Shown in pieces: positions 38,274 to 50,739 of a stretch of DNA of 64,000 nt. The position numbers and the translations under genes were made by a program. Origin of the DNA: Zygnema circumcarinatum SAG 698-1b (lineage: Eukaryota; Plantae; Zygnematophyceae); NCBI GenBank assembly GCA_037447605.1, contig CM074816.1:821873-885872 (forward strand). The letters are read 5' to 3'. The stretch's first letter is position 1. Each line of letters opens with the position of its first letter. Under the pieces are notes generated by a model, which saw only the letters and a program-made list of their open reading frames with translations, searched no databases and was not told the origin of the DNA.

Positions 38274-39939
38274 AGGTCTGCACTCATCTTAAAGCACTAT
38301 GTGGCGGGCGAGGGCTGCTTTTAAGCTGACCTTCTGTCCTTTCCATGCTGCAGGGTGACACGTGCGACTCCATCGCAACAGTGTTCAACGTGACTTCAAT
38401 ATCCGGCCCCGATTCACCCAATCCTGATTTGGACTGCTCACAGCTCATGCCCTTCCAACAGGTATGCCTGCTCAGACCTATCGTAGTAGGGCGACATTTT
38501 GCTGCAGAGCATTCCATTTCCTGACTCACTGACGCATGGCAGTTGTTGAATATGAAGAAAATGGGTTTTGGGGTCGTTACTAAAGATCCCAGTGGGAGTA
38601 ACCCGTGAGTTTCTATGCAAGAGGTCAGCTTTACTTCTTTTGAGATTGATAGCATGTGAGCTCGTCGTGCAGGTCTGCATTCAAAGAGGGCCCCTCGAAT
38701 ACACTGGGCCATGCGTCTGGCCATATGATGTTCAGAATGGCGAGTCCTGCTATTCGATAATATCAGAGTATCTCGATGATGATATTTGGGAGTTTTATAA
38801 GCTCAATCCTGGCGTCTTTTGTGGCAAACTGCTGCTTCCTACCAGCGGCAGCAGTGTGCTTGACCAACAGGTGAGACGCTGCTCAAAGCAAATGCATGTT
38901 CAACACCACTCAGTTTCATACTCATGTGATCTCAATGTTGGAGTATCGCACTACAGGCCTCGAGTAGTCTGTCCCGTAGGGAGACCTTCTCATCGAAACT
39001 GAACAAGAGATGAGTAGCTGACTTCACTGACTAGTTGGCAAGTCAGACCTGCATGGACGGTCTTACTAACATAGTTAATCGCCAGGATTTACGATAGTTT
39101 ACTTTTTGAGGCCCTGAGTGATCTGCTTGGTTCATTTTTGTTTTCTATAAATTTATTTTTTAATAACTTGTGCTGTCATTGCGTGCATGTGCAGGTCTGT
39201 TTGGCAGCAGCGGATGTGGGATTGAGTGCGACCTGCACGCAGAAATCCATCCTCCGAAAATCAACGGACACCTGCGCCAGTCTGTCAAAGTGCTTCACGA
39301 AAACATTGACCTTCAAATCATTGAATGGCTTCGCGTGCACTGCAGCAGCATTGAAAAAGGTGACGCGCTTGTGTGTTCCGAAGACGAGTACATGTAGCTG
39401 ACAGTATGCAAACAAGAGTATGTAATCGAGGGAGGGTATGTACGCATAGACAGGATGCAATTAAGGATATGTCTGTAGTTGAGGTTATGTTAGGATCGTT
39501 TATGCCGACATGTAGAGGCGATTTATTTATTTTAGGCTTGCAGGTTCTTTGTTTGACCTTGTTAGGAGGGGGTAGCTTTGGATTAGTTTGGCCGGTACAA
39601 TGCAGGTAGGGATTCTTTTTGGATTCTTTTTTAGAGCATCTAGTGCTGTACTTTGTTTAGAGATTTTGTGTTCAGTAGGAAGCGCGTGAAGGACAGGTCA
39701 GACAGCTTCAGGCCATTCCAAATCGCGATGAAAAGAAAGAAGGAGATGATAGCTCCTGCATGTCATATTGGCTATCAAGAAAGCTCGAAACCCTAAAACT
39801 CCCAAATGCTTGGCGTTTTGTGTGTAACTACCTCATAAGGTTTACATTTTCCTTCTGTTATTCGTGAGTATTTCAAATCGCTGCCATCCCCATGTTCAGA
39901 TTTTCAGTGCCTTAAACCGAAAGGGCCGAACAAAGGGAC
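38274..39939 (+). pseudogene. Direct duplicate of ~27496-29206 containing the last three LysM exons
   Basis: Collinear match with few substitutions (e.g. LPYDVQPG to WPYDVQNG); stop at 39401. Confidence 0.9.
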
Positions 39940-40152
39940 GTAGACTTCCACTCAAAAAGGTTTGATGAGAATGCGAAGGATTTTTGTGGGTTCCATGACC
40001 AACGTAAGTTTTTTTACAAAAGGTCGCTGAGGCATCAATGTTGCAATGTCGGACCTAGGTCTCGATCTTCGGATGGTCAAGATTGACTGATTAAGTAAGT
40101 ATAGAACAAATATTTGAACCGAAACTAAGTGAAGTATTCACACTGATCTTAC

Positions 40153-43097
40153 TCCGTTGTAATTGATGAAGCTATCGCCGGACGCCTCAATAGTGACAAC
40201 GGCCACTTGCTGCTGCAGGATGAGCAGGAGGCCGAGCCAACCGTTGAACTGCACCTGCTCGTAGGAGGACACTCTCAGCGCATTGTCGCCCTGCAGACTC
40301 CGCACACAAACTGTAAGCTCGGGGAATAGCTGCCTATTACAGTTGGCAGGGCTTTTAGAGTCTGAGTAGATGCAGTGACAAAAGTTTGATCGTATCTCTT
40401 TTAGAATGTTCTTACCTGTCCGCAGCTGGAAGAGTCCACGAAGTTGGATTGCAGCAGTAAGTTGTTGCTCAAGGCATATTCGAGCGTCTCTGTGGGCCAC
40501 CCTCCGGCCCCGCACGTTTTGTTGCTCCCCGAGCAGGTCAGGACCTGATCCTCCGCCAATTGCGGCACCGGAGACTGCCCACCGCTTGCGATGTACAGGG
40601 CGCTTTCTATCGCAGATATCGGAGCGAATATCCAACATGTACCTACAATTATGCAAAATATGAAGATTGTGTTCAGCAGTAACGAACATTCATCAGAACA
40701 GGAGAAGCACTTGTGATGGAAGAGACGGTGCGGTATGCAGGAAGATGAGATCAGGATTAGAGGTTTGGAGGCCATTGATGAACATAGGCTAATTTGTAGG
40801 AAGGGATCAAAGGACCAGTCTTTCTAAAGAACTAAAAAACGAACAAGCAGTCGAGTTGAGCAAGAATCTGCTAAAAAAAAGTGCACTTACTGCAATTTTT
40901 TTGATCTTTGATGCTCTGAACAGCTCCCTCTTCAGTCCAGTTCCACGAAATGGCGACCTGCCACGAACCTTTGCCGCTTCTTCGCCTCAAATAGCCCGAG
41001 CTTACATACCGAAAATAGGGATTCACCTTTGTAATAAGGGTAGTCGTCAGATTGAGACCAGACCCACGCCCCTCTGCACAGATTTTTTTTCAATGTGTGA
41101 ATTCCAATAGCACATAAAAGTAAACAGACCTTCAACCTGAAAACTCAAAAAATGTAAGAACACCATCAAACCTGCCCATCTACAGATCAGGTTGAATGGT
41201 TACGTAAGCAAGTTAAAGCTCCCATCTTGACAAGTCTATGAGTAGAGAGCGAGTCAGAAGGGAAAAGAGGTATGTAGCACTCACCAAACACGCAGGAGAC
41301 ATTATTGGCGGAGGGTACAAAGCCGCTAGTGCATGCACATGTGGGTTGGCTTCCGTTAAGATAACAAAAGCCGTTTCCTCCGCATGCGCCTTGAGGCTGA
41401 GTCGCATTGCAGAACAGAGCGCAGGAAGCTGCGTCTCTCTGAGGACTGCACGAACTCACATTTGAATCGGAAAAGCAGTTCATACCAATGCCAGTACACT
41501 GTGCAACAATCCCGTTCACTTTGACGGTGTATTCACCCGACAAGTAGTTGTTACTGAAGTCGAAGGTTGCCTGTCCGATTAACCCGAAGTCGACAACTAG
41601 GGGTCCAATGAGCAGATTATTTGCAAGAGAACTGCACAGCACAGCACAGGATCGCGTTCTGAGCGTTCCGAATTTGACTTGGACTCTGAATTTCAGCGTT
41701 CGCGCATTGAGCTTAGCGTATGGGACGCATCGGTCAAGCTATGGCCTAACTCGCTTAAACTTTGGGGCCTAAGTCTGGAAAATCATTTGCCTCATGAAAG
41801 TTTAGCTTCAGCTACTTCAAATGAGTTGAGCGTTTGATTGCACAGTTCGTCCTCAGTCAGCTTACATCGTCTTGATAGCCGAAAGCCCACCGAGGCTTGC
41901 AGGAACACCACCTGTAAGTTGATTGAAGGATAAAGTCCTGTGGACGACAAAAGAGCCAATGAAGAATTCCGGATATTCCAGAAATCACTCGAAATTGACC
42001 TCATGTGCTTGACTGAGGTGCAGACTGCCACGCAGGCCTATAGTCACAGTTTTCTGCTCCTTCCTCCTCTACATTCTCTTCCTGGAAACGAATGCAAAAT
42101 GCACGAGAGATTATTGCCATGTGAACAGGCCACACACACTTACAAGTACTTGAGGCTATTGAGGGTCCCAATTATTGGAGGAATGGCGCCGCTCAGTAAA
42201 TTGTTGCCAAAGTTTCTGTAATCATGCGGCAAGTTGTCGATTTTCGTTAAGCCAAACGTAGAAAGATCAAGATCATCCAATCCATCTCTATATGCTATGA
42301 TACTCATGAGAATGCCTTCAGCTGGTCCCAGCAAGTGAAAGACTTATGCAAAAGATGTACACAATTGAAACCTGGAGGCAGTTCAAAATCCTTAAATGCC
42401 CTCCAAAGAACTACGAATTTCGAGAATTAACATTTCCGATTGATTCCCCTTCAAGAACTAAAATTCTGCACCATCAGTGTTACAGATCACAGATAAAAGC
42501 AGAGTGATGGTTAGAGACCGGTTTGCCACTCACAGGGTCCTTAGAGCAGTGGCATTTCCAAGGGAAGAGGGAATGTTCCCAGTCAATTGATTATTTGACA
42601 AGTCCCTGCAACAAGTGGGAAAAGAAAAATGTTACAATAGCTCCGTCATGTTATTTTTGCCTGACGTATTCGTTCAGAAGGGAGTACTAAAACAAACTGC
42701 CATGGTGCATCAACATTTTATGGCTCGCCCCAGGCGGCTGCATCCAAAGAGTACTTTTAGCTATCTTTGGAGGAAACCATTCAATACGATTTAACACCCC
42801 ACAACTGCTCAGTATGCAACAGATTGGCATTAGAAGGAAGCCAAATCCTTCATTTCTCAAAACACCTTCCTACTGAACTAGCTTTTCCATCCTATCACGG
42901 ACTCGGCTAATCATAGGAAAACAGGCAGGCTGTAGACAACGTTGCAACAAGATAAGAGGCCATTCCAGCAGATCATTTTGGCACCGGATTGACTTGGAAG
43001 TATTGGGTGAAACGGAGCAACATACAGTAGTTTCAGGCTTTGCAGACCTCCGATTGAATCCGGTATACTGCCTGTGAAGTTATTGTTTGACAAATCC
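40153..43097 (-). CDS. Middle part of a split gene: LRRs, Cys-rich EGF-like module, papain N-terminal half
   Basis: 72-nt LRR exons 43097-43026, 42605-42534, 42215-42144; exon 41631-41285 (QRDAASCALFC..GACGGNGFC..CAC); C1A exons ~40958-40892 (SWNWTEEGAVQSIKDQKNC), ~40642-40415 (STCWIFAPISAIES..GGWP), 40290-40153 (..SFINYNG). Confidence 0.85.
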
Positions 43098-43541
43098 CTG
43101 CATGTTGAATGAAACACACGGAATTTTAAGGGCTGCGTCGCAATATGTCAACCGCGGTGATCTCAGATGCAATCGTGAACAGTTTGACAAGCAAAGCGAA
43201 TGATTCAGAATTCCGCCATGTGGGCAGACGGCAAGGCACCTTCCTCATCGGGTGTTACTGTTAAGGGGTGAAGCGAGCTTNNNNNNNNNNNNNNNNNNNN
43301 NNNNNNNNNNNNNNNNNNNNNNNNNNNNNNNNNNNNNNNNNNNNNNNNNNNNNNNNNNNNNNNNNNNNNNNNNNNNNNNNCCATGCCGGGTAGGGGTTCA
43401 ATCTGGGAGCTTTAGGTCAGCGCTCGGATGGGAGACCATCCGAGCTCTTTGTACAATCATTGAGCTCACGCTCCTCTGACTCTCTCTCCTTCTCTCTCTT
43501 TGACACTTAGACTTCGCGAGCAAATGGGGGCAGCTGTTACA

Positions 43542-43884
43542 TTGGTATCGTGAGCCGCTGCCCTGTGATTTGTAATCCACCCTAAAACACCGCGGATCTC
43601 TCGAGCATGGTATCGAACTCCGTTCCTTTGGGCGGCCTCGAGGGGCTAAGGCCGTAGTCCATGTGTTGAAGGAGCTTGAACGCTGCTCGTGAAAACCCTT
43701 GAGTGCGCTCGAGGACGAGCCCGGTTTAGGTGGGCTAACGCTTAGGTTTAACGCTATACATGTGTTATATGGCCTAGTATTTACATCCGCGGTTGCCTTT
43801 TAATGGTAAAGCACTGGTGTGGGTACCGGGAGGTCTTGTGTTCAAACCCTGCTGAGGTCGGGTTTGTTACATTGGTATCAGAGC
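43542..43884 (+). mobile_element. TRIM-derived unit (PBS, TRIM internal region, TRIM LTR, PBS) between the Gypsy LTR and gag
   Basis: Homologous to the reverse complement of the 15890-16225 and 18055-18498 TRIM copies. Confidence 0.88.
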
Positions 43885-46800
43885 CGCGTTTAGATCGCGG
43901 GTTTTTCTTTTGGGTGGGGCTAGCAAGCTCTGCCAGGCGATGCCGAGGGCGCGGCCAAAGCAAATGGCGTCACGCCATTCACCTCCTCCCTCTCCCGATT
44001 CGGAGGAGGACGTGGATATGGGCGCGAACCAGGGGCGCGACTTCGGCGACCCCATGGACACGGGCCCCGGGCCTTCGGCCCCACCTCCGGCTCCCCCTTC
44101 TTCTTCACGGGCCGAACTTAAGGCCAGCCACGCTGTGGGAGCAGCCGGGCCAGCCGGGCAGCTCGCGACTGGGTGGCGCAACCGGGCCTTCCACTGAGGC
44201 GGCCCGGATGTGAGGTCTAAGGGGCTGCCCCCTCGGGCGGCAGAAGACCCGGGACACCCCTCGGGCAGCATGGGGTGCCCATCCCCGCGGATGGGGATGA
44301 AGTCCTCGACGAGCTGAGGCCAGCGATAAGCCGTTTTCTCCTCAAGGCTGAGGAGGTGCCGCCTGTGAGTGGCGAGCCACAGACGCCGCCCGCCAGGACA
44401 CCGGGCGCAGATCTTTGAGCAAGGCCGGCAAGGTAACCGCTGGGACCCCTCCCCCTCCGTACCACGGTAAGCTCATTAACCTCCCCGTGAAGGTCTAAGG
44501 TGATACAGTAGAGAGGCTGCCAATTCTGGGGGGTGATGAGTCACCATAAAGTGACATGTATTCCTTATTTCGGCCCCATGTGTTCTCGGCAATGACGGGC
44601 CCTACTGCGCTCCCCACTCGAAATAAATTCCCCAAGGCCGCTACCTCTTCGTGAGCAAAATGTGCCGCTCCTTTTGAAGTAGGCGACCGCCGCCAGCAAA
44701 ATTAATCCACCTCTCTCGCGCCTGGGCGGCGCCGTTGGCGACGGGCACCGCTAATGGTGGGACCGTTGGCAAGCGAGATCCTCCCCGGTGAAATCGGGCT
44801 TAGGTTCCCCATCTCCCTTATGGGGAGATCGACCGAATTCATCGGGCTTCCAATTCCACCGGCTGGTCAGCAAGCGCAGTACTGGTGGTAGTTACCCAAT
44901 GCCTCCCCGACAATGGGTGAATTCCTTGCTTCACCTCGCCAGGGCGGTAATGGAGTGTCTTATGCCGCCGCAAGGCTTTGCTAAATCTAAAAGATTCTTT
45001 GCGAAGCTATTTGAGTCGAACTTCAAACATTTTGGCATCCTCGGGATCCCGTTGCCGCTAGACGCGTGATAAAAGTTCCGCCTACCGCGCAGACGCGAAG
45101 CGCGCTTCACCCCTACCGAATCATGCGCTAGCTGCTTGGCTTCCACTACTGTTCCCACCGACCCCAAATTCTTCTTCCGGTTCACCATGGCTCAGTCAGA
45201 CGCTCTGGCAAAATTTCGCCTAACCTCGCATCTTTGGAACCTTGGGGACCTATGGATGATGAGCGATGTTTGCAACAAGCAGTTCAAATCGACGTCATTC
45301 AGGATGTGTAGTGGCCTTTCCCCGCCCCTCGCTGGAAGTGACATCTGGCCGCACGCCAAGAAAATCGGTGCGCCAGCGGCCGACCTATGGGAATGGGTGT
45401 GAGGAAATTTCCTTTCCCTCTCACCAAAGAAGAGCACTTAACTAGCCACAGCCAAGAAAAATCCGCCTCCACAGAGATGGAGGTGCCGGGCGCTGAAACA
45501 AGTGTTTCCGCTGGCAGAAAGCCGCATAGTGTTCTTATGGATCGCCTCTTTCAAGAAGGACGTAGCGGGAAGGGGCCGCAAGGAATGGGCCTCCCCACCT
45601 CAGCCAGCCTTAGGAGTCAGCCGCCGGTGGGCTCGCTGGTTGAGGGAAGACGCTGGTCGCAAATAATCGTATCGTTGTAGCCCCACTCGAGACATGACAT
45701 TCTCAATGTGATTGGGGAATTCTTCGTGGGGAACATGTTATTTCGTGAGGCAATCTTTGCCGATTATTCATATCGCTACCTTCCATCGTGCCTCGTGACT
45801 CCAACAATGTTTTCGAATGTTGTCTTTGGGAATAAATGGCATGTCATTATCTTGAATGCCATGGGTAATCATGCCTTAGTCCGCTGTGCATTTGATGCCC
45901 TCGGCGCTTTGCCGCGTCGGAGGATTCGGCGTGCTCACTCTGGCGGGTCTTGTTCCCTACAACATGTGGCAAAGTTGAGGGCTTATCCACGATCGGGATT
46001 GAAAGCTCGTAAACTACGTGGAAGAAGGGCTTTCCCCTTCTTAAGTGGATAACTGGAGATCCCACCAGTGCGCTGGTGAAGTCTCCTCATTCCCTTGTGT
46101 GGCGGATTGCGCGTCCCCACGCACCAAATGTGCTACGGTCCATTTTCCACTTGGCCCATCGGGCGATGACCTTTCAAGGGTCAGCCGACGGGCACTCAGC
46201 AGTGGTACTGCTGGACACTGGCGCGGACGCTAACTTTGTTAGTGCGGCCTTTGTCAGGACTGCAGGGTTTGCAGTCCAGACTCATTCCGATAGTGTAACT
46301 TTCGGGGATGGACGGACGGGTCAGGTTTCTGGCAGCGTCAGCGTGAAATTGAAGATTCAGTCATACTCTAGGGTGGTCAACTGCTTGTTGACGTTGTTAG
46401 CCCCAGGAACAGACTTCATCTTGGGGAGCAAATGGCTGACGCATATGGGTGCCCAGCTGGATTTTGTTGTCCCTAATTGCGTCCTCCGCAGTGAAGGTAG
46501 ACGCATAACGCTGCAACCAGGCAGTCCTTCCGGACCGGCCTCTTCGCAGTCGTCTTTGTCGTTTCTGTGCTCTGCCATGCAAATTGGCAAGGCCCTGAAA
46601 ACGAATAGCATCTTATTTATGGTGCAAGTCATGACGGCAACCGAGGATGCTCATGACGAGGATCAGGAGTGGCAACCCACTGCGGGTGAGGCCATGCCCA
46701 CTGTTCCAGCTATGTTTCAACCTTTGTTGAAGGCGTTTGAGGATGTGTTCCCAGACGATCNNNNNNNNNNAACCTCCTTGGAGGCCTATCTATAGGCTCA

Positions 46801-47089
46801 GTCCAAAGGAGACTGAGGAGATGCGAAAGCAGCTCGCCAATCTGCGTGATAAGGGCTGGATTGAACCCAGCCAGAGCCCCTTTGGGGCCCCTATCCTTTT
46901 CGTTGGAAAGAAGGATGGGTCTTTGCGAATGTGCATCGATTATCGAGCACTCAATAAGATCACGGTAAAGAACAGGTTTGCTTTACCGCGCATAGATGAT
47001 CTTCTGGACCGTCTGCAAGGGGCGAAGGTGTTCACCTCGCTCGACCTTGCGCAGGGGTACCATCAGATCCGTGTCACGGATGCTGATGT

Positions 47090-47324
47090 GTACTCCAAAC
47101 ATGCGCAGGGCTCAAACATGGCGCGGGTTTGACTGAATCCTGATTACATGTCCAGTTCAGCTTTCGACTCGCAGTTTGATTCACTGACAGTCGAGTTCAA
47201 AGAAGACGAGGTACTTTCACCGCCCACTGATTCACTAAATTCGGCGATTTGTCGTAATCTCCGGCCTCACGTTGATAGTATTTATACAAGCACTAGGTGA
47301 CCGTCCATTAGTAAGCTATTACCA
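47090..47324 (-). other. 235-bp inverted copy of 36301-36535 inserted in the RT coding region
   Basis: Reverse-complement match with one substitution noticed. It splits ..DADV / TTPIGHFQYKVLPFG. Confidence 0.93.
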
Positions 47325-50300
47325 CGCCAATCGGTCATTTCCAATATAAGGTGCTACCTTTTGGACTGACCAACGCTCCGGCGACATTCCAAGCTGTGAT
47401 GAACGAGATGTTCGTCGGCATGGATAAGTTTGTCTTGGTCTACCTGGATGATATCCTGGTATTCAGCAAGACGAACGCTGAGCACCTCGTGCATGTGCGC
47501 AAGGTGTTCGAGGTGTTGCGGAAACACACGTTTTATGCCAAGCGGAAGAAGTGTAACTTCATGCAACGGGAGTTGTTGTATCTTGGGCATATCTTGAACG
47601 ATCAGGGCTTAAAGCCTGATCCAGCCAAAGTGTCTGCTGTTAAGACATGGGCAGTACCGACTGATCTTCATCAGTTGCGATCTTTTCTTGGATTTGCAAA
47701 TTATTTTCGTAAATTTATCCAAGGCTTTAGTAAGTTGGTAACTCCGCTTACCAATTTGACACGCTCCGTGTCGCTATGCATGGACACCCGTGAGTGCCAG
47801 CGCTTTACGGTGTTGGGGACATGCGCTTGTGACAAAGACCTACGCTGGAGGTCATCATCCCACGCTACCATATGAGGTGGTATGCGACGCCTCGGTTCGC
47901 TGGGTGCCAACTGGCTCCAAGATCTACCAACCACTTGGCGCATGAAAGTCGCAGTAAGCATTTAAACCCAAACCGAGCTGAACTACTTCCTACCCATGTA
48001 GAGCAGAGCCTGTCATTGCTCACGCCTCGGTGACACGGCGTCGCTATTCGAGGGGGCGTGGCAAATACCGTCACGCGACCACCGCCCAATCGACGCTCCT
48101 TCCACCGTTGTAAACTCTTCTTCGCATGCAGTACCGGTTCTGAAATTCTCCGAATCCGCTCGACCGGGTAAGTGGGTATACAGCCCGGAGGTCAATGTAG
48201 CGACCCACTTTGAAGTGTGCAACCCATTCATCTAGCCTCGATGATGCCTTCTGGCCGACTGAAAGTGTTGGTGGTGGTTTGATGGTGGAGACGGGCGGCT
48301 TCCACAACCCGCTATACATCTCCAGCATGTTTTGTCATAAAACCCCCTCCACCGCTGACGCCAGCCAACCCTCCCTCGCTTCCTCATTTCGCATCGGATG
48401 ATCCGTGAGGTACACTGCGATCCTTTGTTCTCGACGCCAAGGCAATGGCTATAAGAACAAGCTCAAGGCCAAGGACGGTTTTGGTACCACGCATAAGCGC
48501 TAGTCGCATCTGCTACCGGATCCGGTGACGGCAATTACATCGAGCTAGATGCGACGCGACCGCATTGTGCTATACTGAGTTGCCAAAACCCGCAGCAATC
48601 GGGCCCGGAATTCTCAGCCCCGAATTACGCCGACGCCGAGGCATATACCGCATTTCTCGCGATGCCCAACTAAGCCAATCTGGGATAAGCCTCGCGACCG
48701 CGACCGTGCCCGGGTTTGCTCCAGCCCCTCGCCCCTCCTTACAGGAAGTGGGAAAGTGTGGGTATGGACCTGATCACAGACCTGCCTCGTGACCGCTCGG
48801 GGTTTTGACTCCATCCTCGTGTTTGTCGACCGCCTGAGCAAGATGGTGCATTTTCGCGTTCCACGCTAAGACACGGAGTCGACGCAGATAAGAATGGCTA
48901 TATGTCGGCTGTCCGAGCTCAACATGGACTTCAATCCGAGATCATCTCCCGACGTGGATACCCGACCACCGCCATTTCGAAAGAAATCCCTTCCGATTAC
49001 TCCGACTCAAGCTTAGCATGAGCCCTCCACCCTCTACGCATGGCCAAACCGGTGCCGGTGAACCGGATTCGAAGACTATTTGCAGATGAGGTGGACCCAT
49101 CCCGGATGGATGGGATGAACTACTCCCGGTGGCTGAGTATGCTATTAACAATGCATTCCAGGAATCAATCGGTACCACTCTTTTCTTCTTGAACTTTGGT
49201 CAGCATCCTCTAAATCCCCTGCAGCCAAGAGATCAGCAGCCAGATGTGTGGACCATGGATGTTCACAGGCTCCCAGATCCTTGGGGCATGAGAGGAGTTG
49301 GCGGGAGTCAACCTCCCGCCGTTAGTGCTTTACCGAAATGTCCGAGGCGCTACGTAGGGCAAGCGCGTAATCTCGCTAGCGTTCCCCGGGCCAGCGCGTA
49401 AAGCCTATAGCCGAGGTCGCCGCGGCCGCATTAACCTTCTCGCCGAGGGCGACATCGTGTACCGCCGAGCATCAGCCAACTTCGGCGTCAAGGCTTACGC
49501 TGAACCCGCTGAACCCGTGTTGTGGCCTCGCTCATGGGACCTTTTCTACTGCACCTGCGAAGTCGCCACCGTTGGCGCATCGCCCATGCGGCGCATCCGG
49601 GTCTTCATGGGTCTCCCAAGGGGCATACCGCTAGCCGATGCTGGGGAGAGTCCAACCACCTCCCCCTCCAGTGGAAGTTGAGGGTGACCTCGAGTATGAG
49701 GTAGAGACCATCCAAACCCACAGGACTGTGAGTAGAGGTCAGACTTCCCGCCACGAATATCTCGTGAAATGGTTGGCTATGGGGTTGAACATAGCACGGG
49801 AACGCGGAGAGCACCGACAAATTGCAAGGAGCTCCCGAGATTGTAACGGAGGCGTTTGCATCGCCTTCCGGTGAGCTGGCTAGGGCGCTAGGGGGTTCCT
49901 AACCGGCCCACCGCCATACTTGTAGCGACTTTGACCGATTAACGCTGAGCTCTCCGTGAAACCCCGCAGACGTAGACCTAATACCTCTTAAATTCGCGGG
50001 CCGCTGCTTGCTTTTCCCCGCTGAATCCAGGGCGCTCTCACATACCGCCACGCGGGGAGTAATGTAGCGAACGCCAGCGCAGCCGCGGATTCCCTCGGAG
50101 GGGGCGTGCAATTTCATAGTGATACTATGACTATCCTTTCATCTCTCACGCTTAGCTTAGATGTTAGACGCCGCCAAGACCGGGGCAAGAAGAGGTTCGG
50201 GGTCGCATCCTCGTTAGCGTGTGCAGTGGATCTCTTTTGATCGTATCGTCACACCGGTACGGGTGTACGGACGCATCGACGCGTGATCCCCGCAGCAGCC

Positions 50301-50739
50301 AGCCGCTACGCCAAGATGCCGCCGGCGCGTCACAAGCATCGCGGGCGCGGACTCATGTAGATGCTACGGCATCTTGATTAGTAACGCCCTCGCATCGGTG
50401 ACGGACTGGTCGGCTGTGTCCGGACTGCCGCATCTTAGCCGCGGCGCCGCCGCCAAGATGACGCGCTGCCGCTTCGCGACGCTGGGCCCCGTGAGATGCA
50501 AGCAGATTCACGAAGTTGTCCCCAGTCAAAACTCGGCTAAGAATCTTCACTACCGGCGTGGCTCTCGATTGCTAGCCCCGCCCCGTCCTCCATGCCGGGT
50601 AGGGGTTCAACTGGGAGCTTTATAGGCCGCGCCTGGATGGGAGACCATCCGGTGCTCTAGGCCTCAGCAGCATTGAGCTTCCACGCCCTCCCACTTCTCC
50701 TTCTCTCTCTCTTTCACACCAGATTCCTCGTGAGCGTAA

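Larger units (their letters stand above)
43254..50730 (+). mobile_element. Chromovirus-type Ty3/Gypsy element, degenerate or noisy
   Basis: LTR segment 43381-43541 matches ~50590-50730. PBS at 43542 and 43872. gag start near 43964; PR LLDTGADANFV; RT YLDD; integrase fragments; chromodomain EYEVETIQTHR..EYLVKW at ~49692-49790. Outer LTR limits are approximate. Confidence 0.88.

Noticed and set aside
41842-41911. Additional LRR exon
   Set aside because: It has an acceptor-like site, but the reading frame is not LRR-like and the length and phase do not fit.
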